Below the pieces are notes generated by a model, which was not told where the DNA came from, made no database searches, and worked only from the letters and a program-made list of their open reading frames with translations. Made by a program: the position numbers and the translations under genes. A stretch of DNA of 64,000 nucleotides from Candidatus Hydrogenedentota bacterium (lineage in GTDB: Bacteria > Hydrogenedentota > Hydrogenedentia > Hydrogenedentales > CAITNO01): contig CAITNO010000156.1 of the NCBI GenBank assembly GCA_903893795.1, positions 4,557-68,556 of the forward strand, read 5' to 3'. The stretch's first letter is position 1; each line of letters opens with the position of its first letter. Positions 60,100 to 64,000 of the stretch are shown here, in pieces.

Positions 60100-60626
60100 T
60101 TCTTATCCTTTTCATTGGGGTTGGTTGAAGTGCTGGTTCTTGGGATAGGCCGGTCGCAGCAGCGTACTGTTCCGGCATGCCGCTGGTTATTTGTGCATTC
60201 GGTGCAATTGGGGCTCTCACATTCCTCATTTCGGAAGAGGCTGCTCCTGCAGTTGGGACATCCCTCAGGAGGGCTTTCACCCAGGGGAAGTTCCCATGTA
60301 TGACGGCAGGCACCGCACTTGAGCATGCGGCCGTGGCTGATCTCCACCTCGCCCCCCTCAATCCGCAACGCCTTGCCTTCCATCAGCACCGTCGCGACTT
60401 TCTTTCTCGCTGCTTCAAGAATACGGCCGAAGGTTTGCCTTGACACATTCATGCGTCCCGCAGCCACTTCCTGGTAGAGCCCTTCTAAATCGGCCAGTCG
60501 AATGGCCTCGTACTCGTCCAGGGAGATGACGACCTCCTCCAAATCACAGGCAGGAACACCTGCGGGCGAGAACACGGCGCAGGTGGGAGGGTGGGCAATT
60601 CTTCGGCAACAAAGGGGGCGGGGCAT
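60096..60626 (-). CDS. DUF134 (UPF0251) putative DNA-binding protein with a Cys-rich C-terminal extension
   Basis: Start at 'MPRPLCCRR', the typical DUF134 N-terminus. C-terminal 'CGACRHTW...CPNCRS...CESPNCTEC...CC' zinc-ribbon-like region. Confidence 0.65.
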   Translation of the reverse strand: MPRPLCCRRIAHPPTCAVFSPAGVPACDLEEVVISLDEYEAIRLADLEGLYQEVAAGRMNVSRQTFGRILEAARKKVATVLMEGKALRIEGGEVEISHGRMLKCGACRHTWELPLGESPPEGCPNCRSSLFRNEECESPNCTECTNNQRHAGTVRCCDRPIPRTSTSTNPNEKDKK

Positions 60627-60649
60627 GTACTTGGGTCCTCTTATAGTCT

Positions 60650-60675
60650 TTATTATGAGCATATGCCCATAATAA
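60650..60675. promoter_or_regulatory. 26-bp near-perfect AT-rich palindrome (candidate operator) 24-50 bp upstream of the DUF134 start
   Basis: TTATTATG-aGCATATGCc-CATAATAA. Arms of 8/8 nt around an internally palindromic core (GCATATGC). It sits in the divergent intergenic region shared with YaiI. Confidence 0.5.
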
Positions 60676-60884
60676 GTCAAGATTGTGAGGAAGAGCAGGT
60701 CGTAGGTCTAAAACCTCCTGGAGGAAAGCAAGATTGGCGGCTGCTACTTCGGGTGAACCTTGGGCAATCCAGCATCTGAAGAACTCGCCCCCGTCGCAGT
60801 CACACCCCTGCAGCTCTTTTCTTCTCATTGAACCCTGAGCATGGTCCTGCTATATTCGCGCGGGGGAACTACCAGGAGTGCCAT

Positions 60885-61337
60885 GTGACCGTCTTATTCA
60901 TAGATGCTGATGCCTGTCCAGTAAAGAAAGAGGCGTACCGGGTTGCGGAACGCCACCACGTGCAGGTGAAGCTCGTCGCAAATGCCTCAATGTCCGTTCC
61001 TGCCGTTCCGTGGATTGAATTGGTCCTCGTCAGTGACGGTTTTGATGCCGCAGATGACTGGATCGTTGAACATGCCCGCGCGAACGATATTGTTATTTCC
61101 GACGACATTCCCCTTGCCGGGAGATGTATTCCGAACGGCGTTCGTGTCATCAGCTCCCGAGGCAGGGAGTTCACCGAAACCGGAATCGGCGATGCGCTCG
61201 CCACGCGTGAAGTGCTGTCGCACATGCGGGAGCATGGTCTGGCGAGCGGTGGTCCGGCCCCCTTTGGTCCCAAGGACCGCTCCCGTTTTCTTGACCGCTT
61301 CGACGCCCTGCTTCGGGCTGCGCTCCGGAAGAGATAA
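60885..61337 (+). CDS. YaiI/YqgE-like UPF0178 family protein
   Basis: 'VLFIDADACPV' matches the DUF188 N-terminal signature. GTG start 7 nt after an AGGAG ribosome-binding site. The ORF track starts 57 nt earlier. Confidence 0.65.
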   Translation: MTVLFIDADACPVKKEAYRVAERHHVQVKLVANASMSVPAVPWIELVLVSDGFDAADDWIVEHARANDIVISDDIPLAGRCIPNGVRVISSRGREFTETGIGDALATREVLSHMREHGLASGGPAPFGPKDRSRFLDRFDALLRAALRKR

Positions 61338-61456
61338 TCACCAAGGGGTAATTGCTTTTCCTCCTTGGCTGCGCCACCAACCCCAGAATTGATCAGAGGC
61401 AAGGCTGTGTCTAATATGGTGCGTTTAGTGACCTCAAGGCAAGGGCTTCACAGCGA

Positions 61457-62200
61457 ATGACGTGCACACAGGAAACCACATACGACTGGAATACTCTGCG
61501 CAAGCTCTGGCACTTTGCAGGATGCGGGATTTCCGTCGTGCTTTTTTATGAGTGGAAAAGCGTCCAAAGTCCCTTTCAAGGGTCTGACCTTCTCCTAATG
61601 TTTGGATGGCTGGCCACCGCCGGGGCAGTGGGTATCGACATTGTGCGTTTCGCCTCTCCAAAAAATAATGCGGCCCTTGAAGCCCATCCTGTATATGGAA
61701 AGATGCTTCGCCCCCAAGAGCGCCATCATTTCAACGCATCGACCTATTTGGTGCTGGCCGCCACCATTCTTGTAACCCTGTGGTACTTTGAGCTCTGTCA
61801 CGATTCAACGGTCATGGTCTCCATTGCGGTGCTGGGAATCGCCGACCCGGCGGCAGCTGCCATGCGCCATGTCGCGGCCCGCTGGGGTTTTCGAGGTCCC
61901 CGGGCCTACGGGGTATTTGCCTTTGTGCTTGCCGGGACTGGCGTCACGTGGACGCTTTTCCGTTGGCAGGGCGTTGTCCTGGGGCTTTTTCCCATGGCTG
62001 CCATGGTTCTGGTGGTGGGGTTGCTCGAAGCGCACACCGGTTGGGGGGTTCGACTTGTTTCCCCGCTTACAGGCCGCCTCCATGCCCTTGTACCGCAACC
62101 GACGAGAAAATGGCTCGTGCGCTTCTACCCGGATGACAACCTGCTCATTCCGCTCAGCATGGCCGGATTAATTGAATGGTGGGGTATCGTTACCGGGTAG
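61457..62200 (+). CDS. Polytopic membrane protein, possibly of the CTP-dependent phytol/dolichol-kinase-like family
   Basis: ~6 TM helices. 'LRPQERHHFNASTYLV' cytosolic loop. The family assignment is tentative. Confidence 0.4.
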   Translation: MTCTQETTYDWNTLRKLWHFAGCGISVVLFYEWKSVQSPFQGSDLLLMFGWLATAGAVGIDIVRFASPKNNAALEAHPVYGKMLRPQERHHFNASTYLVLAATILVTLWYFELCHDSTVMVSIAVLGIADPAAAAMRHVAARWGFRGPRAYGVFAFVLAGTGVTWTLFRWQGVVLGLFPMAAMVLVVGLLEAHTGWGVRLVSPLTGRLHALVPQPTRKWLVRFYPDDNLLIPLSMAGLIEWWGIVTG

Positions 62201-62290
62201 CCCAGGAACGGCAGGGATGTGATACGATCTTTGTGGAGCTTTTTTCCGGCGCCCGGAGTTGGAAGATGGGCCAGAACGGAGGATGGAAAA

Positions 62291-62587
62291 GTGCCGATTT
62301 ACACATACCAGGTTATTAACAAAGACGGTTCAGAGGGCAAGACCTTTGAAGTGACCCATGGAATGAATGAACCGCCGCTGACTGAGCATCCGGAGACGGG
62401 GGAACCAGTGCAGCGTGTTTTTGCCGCCCCCCATGTGGCGGGGTGGGGAAATACGCGGGTCGGAAAACAGATGACCAGCGACGACAATTGCGAACGTTTG
62501 GGGTTTACCAAATACGTGCGCAATGGAAAAGGTCACTACGAAAGGCGGGCCGGCAAGTTCGGACCGGACCGCATCGGTGGAGATTGA
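62291..62587 (+). CDS. FmdB-like small protein lacking the zinc-ribbon cysteines
   Basis: 'VPIYTYQ...' mirrors the FmdB N-terminus 'MPIYEYxC' but has no CxxC pair. GTG start with a GGAGGA ribosome-binding site. Confidence 0.45.
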   Translation: MPIYTYQVINKDGSEGKTFEVTHGMNEPPLTEHPETGEPVQRVFAAPHVAGWGNTRVGKQMTSDDNCERLGFTKYVRNGKGHYERRAGKFGPDRIGGD

Positions 62588-62595
62588 GGTGCGGC

Positions 62596-64000
62596 CTAGC
62601 CGCAAATGCCCATCGGCGCGGCGGCAAAGATGCGCGGGTCCATGACTTTCAGTTCCGGCGATACGATGGGTGAAAAGCCCATGCGGTCCAGCACATCCGT
62701 CTGAAGGTCCAGTCCTGGTGCGATTTCAGTAAGGACCAGTCCCTCCGGGCGCAACTCGAGCACGCAGCGCTCAGTCACGTAGATGATCTCGTGGCCATTC
62801 TCGATGGCCATGCGGGCGCTGAAGGTGACTTGTTCAACCTTTTCAACGAACTTGGCCACCCGGCCTTCGGCCCGAATGACCACTTTCCCGTCTTCCACGG
62901 CAATGTCGGAACCTGCCGCCGAGAACTCCCCGCAGAAGACCACCTTTTTCGTGCTCTGGGTGATATTGATGAATCCGCCGGCACCGATAACTTTTGGGCC
63001 TATCTTGCTTACATTCACATTGCCTTCCCGGTCCACCTGCGCCATGCCGAGGCAGGCCGCATCAAGGCCGCCGCCGTCATAGAAATCGAACATGATGGAC
63101 TGGCGCAGAAAGGCGCTCGGATTCTTTGCGGGGCCGAAATTCCTCCCCCCCTGGGGCAGGCCACCCAGTACACCGACCTCTGTGTTCAGCGTAAGCGTCG
63201 AGAGCATGCCCTCTTCATGGGCTACCTGTGCCACGCCCATGGGGATGCCTATGCCCAGGTTGACCTTGTTGCCAGGATGCAATTCGAGGCAGGCGCGCCT
63301 GCATAGGACCTTCTCCATGCCGAGGGGCATGGCCTGGAGGTCATTCTCCAAGTCAACTCGGATTTCGCCGGTATAACTGGGATCATGTTCCACAAACAGG
63401 CTGTGCGGGTGGGCCTGGCGCGACGCTGCCACAACGATGTAGTCCACGAAAATCCCCGGAATGCCCACATGATGCGGCTTGATGGGGGTGTCGGAGATGC
63501 GCTCCACCTGGGCTATCACAAAACCCCCGGTGTTCTTGACCGCCATGGCACCCTCAAGGGATTCCATGCCAATGGCCTCGTCCTCCAGGGAGATATTCCC
63601 TTCCGGGTCTGCCGTGGTGCCGCGAATAATGCCAACATCACTTTTGAAGGCCCGGTAAAAGAGCATTTCTTTGCCGTCAATGGTTACCACGCTGACCAGG
63701 TCTTCGCAGGCTCGGGTGCGTTCATTCAGTTTGCCGCCCTCCAGGCGAGGGTCCACGAAGGTACCCAACCCAACGCGGCTGATCATTCCGGGCCTGCCCG
63801 CCGAAATATCCCGGTACATCTGTGCCAGCACGCCCTGGGGGATGCAGTAGGCCTCGACTTGGTTGAGGGCGATGATTTTCATCATTTCATGGTTCAGGCC
63901 GATGTGGCCGGCGATGATCCGTTTGGTCATGCCGGGATAGGCGAAATGGTTCATGCCCTTGCGTTCGGTGCTGAAGGGCCCCAAACCGGCCGCCCACACG
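62596..64000 (-). CDS. Acyl-CoA:acetate / propionate CoA-transferase family protein; N-terminus beyond the window end
   Basis: 467 aa are visible, with conservation across both transferase lobes ('GGFVIAQVERI', 'EVGVLGG'). The frame is open to the window edge. Confidence 0.7.
   Translation of the reverse strand, partial: VWAAGLGPFSTERKGMNHFAYPGMTKRIIAGHIGLNHEMMKIIALNQVEAYCIPQGVLAQMYRDISAGRPGMISRVGLGTFVDPRLEGGKLNERTRACEDLVSVVTIDGKEMLFYRAFKSDVGIIRGTTADPEGNISLEDEAIGMESLEGAMAVKNTGGFVIAQVERISDTPIKPHHVGIPGIFVDYIVVAASRQAHPHSLFVEHDPSYTGEIRVDLENDLQAMPLGMEKVLCRRACLELHPGNKVNLGIGIPMGVAQVAHEEGMLSTLTLNTEVGVLGGLPQGGRNFGPAKNPSAFLRQSIMFDFYDGGGLDAACLGMAQVDREGNVNVSKIGPKVIGAGGFINITQSTKKVVFCGEFSAAGSDIAVEDGKVVIRAEGRVAKFVEKVEQVTFSARMAIENGHEIIYVTERCVLELRPEGLVLTEIAPGLDLQTDVLDRMGFSPIVSPELKVMDPRIFAAAPMGICG

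Overview
This is a 64 kb, high-GC (~60%) bacterial chromosomal segment with dense, mostly non-overlapping coding on both strands and no obvious mobile elements, CRISPR arrays or rRNA genes. The gene content (rpoN, pilT, Tat-exported sulfatase, GH38 mannosidase, L,D-transpeptidase, AmmeMemo-type radical SAM enzyme, many Pro/Ala-rich secreted proteins) fits an anaerobic or facultative Gram-negative from a PVC-like or candidate phylum; that taxonomic guess is inference only.

Annotated features, in order along the window:
- 5'-truncated carbamoyltransferase, alpha/beta hydrolase, Dabb protein, sigma-54 (rpoN, with RpoN box), MBL-fold hydrolase and a translationally coupled PocR-AraC regulator.
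- A surface-glycan-like block: ugd, esterase, a 917-aa GH99/WbsX-like membrane protein, a CBM9-like protein, a HAD-type hydrolase and an M28 peptidase.
- A housekeeping island: tRNA-Leu(CAA), L31 type B, prfA, prmC, radC, psd, pssA.
- An envelope/glycan block: AI-2E transporter, outer-membrane beta-barrel, tandem-MBG surface protein, L,D-transpeptidase, Tat-sulfatase with a CxAxR motif, a polytopic membrane protein, a 957-aa secreted TIM-barrel-like protein and a GH38 alpha-mannosidase.
- A signalling/export module: HTH-receiver regulator, a 1205-aa hybrid histidine kinase, a heterodimeric ABC exporter with one degenerate ATPase site, and a secreted tandem rhodanese.
- A final stretch: HAD-like protein, an orphan AmmeMemoRadiSam-type radical SAM enzyme, a YihY/BrkB membrane protein, a 1267-aa PKD/PqaA-like lipoprotein, pilT, a DUF134 / His-rich NifX-like pair translationally coupled upstream of an RND efflux pump, YaiI, a membrane protein, a Cys-less FmdB-like protein and a 5'-truncated CoA-transferase.

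The candidates most worth follow-up are:
- the DUF134 + His-rich NifX-like + RND efflux operon, preceded by a 26-bp AT-rich palindrome;
- the 42%-GC promoter island with consensus sigma-70 boxes feeding the hybrid-kinase/ABC/rhodanese module;
- the outer-membrane-barrel + MBG-repeat pair;
- the PKD/PqaA-like lipoprotein;
- the CxAxR Tat-sulfatase polysaccharide-utilisation-like block;
- a possible 54-codon Cys-rich ORF coupled to the AraC regulator.

Nothing here was checked against databases; all family assignments come from motifs recognised by eye.
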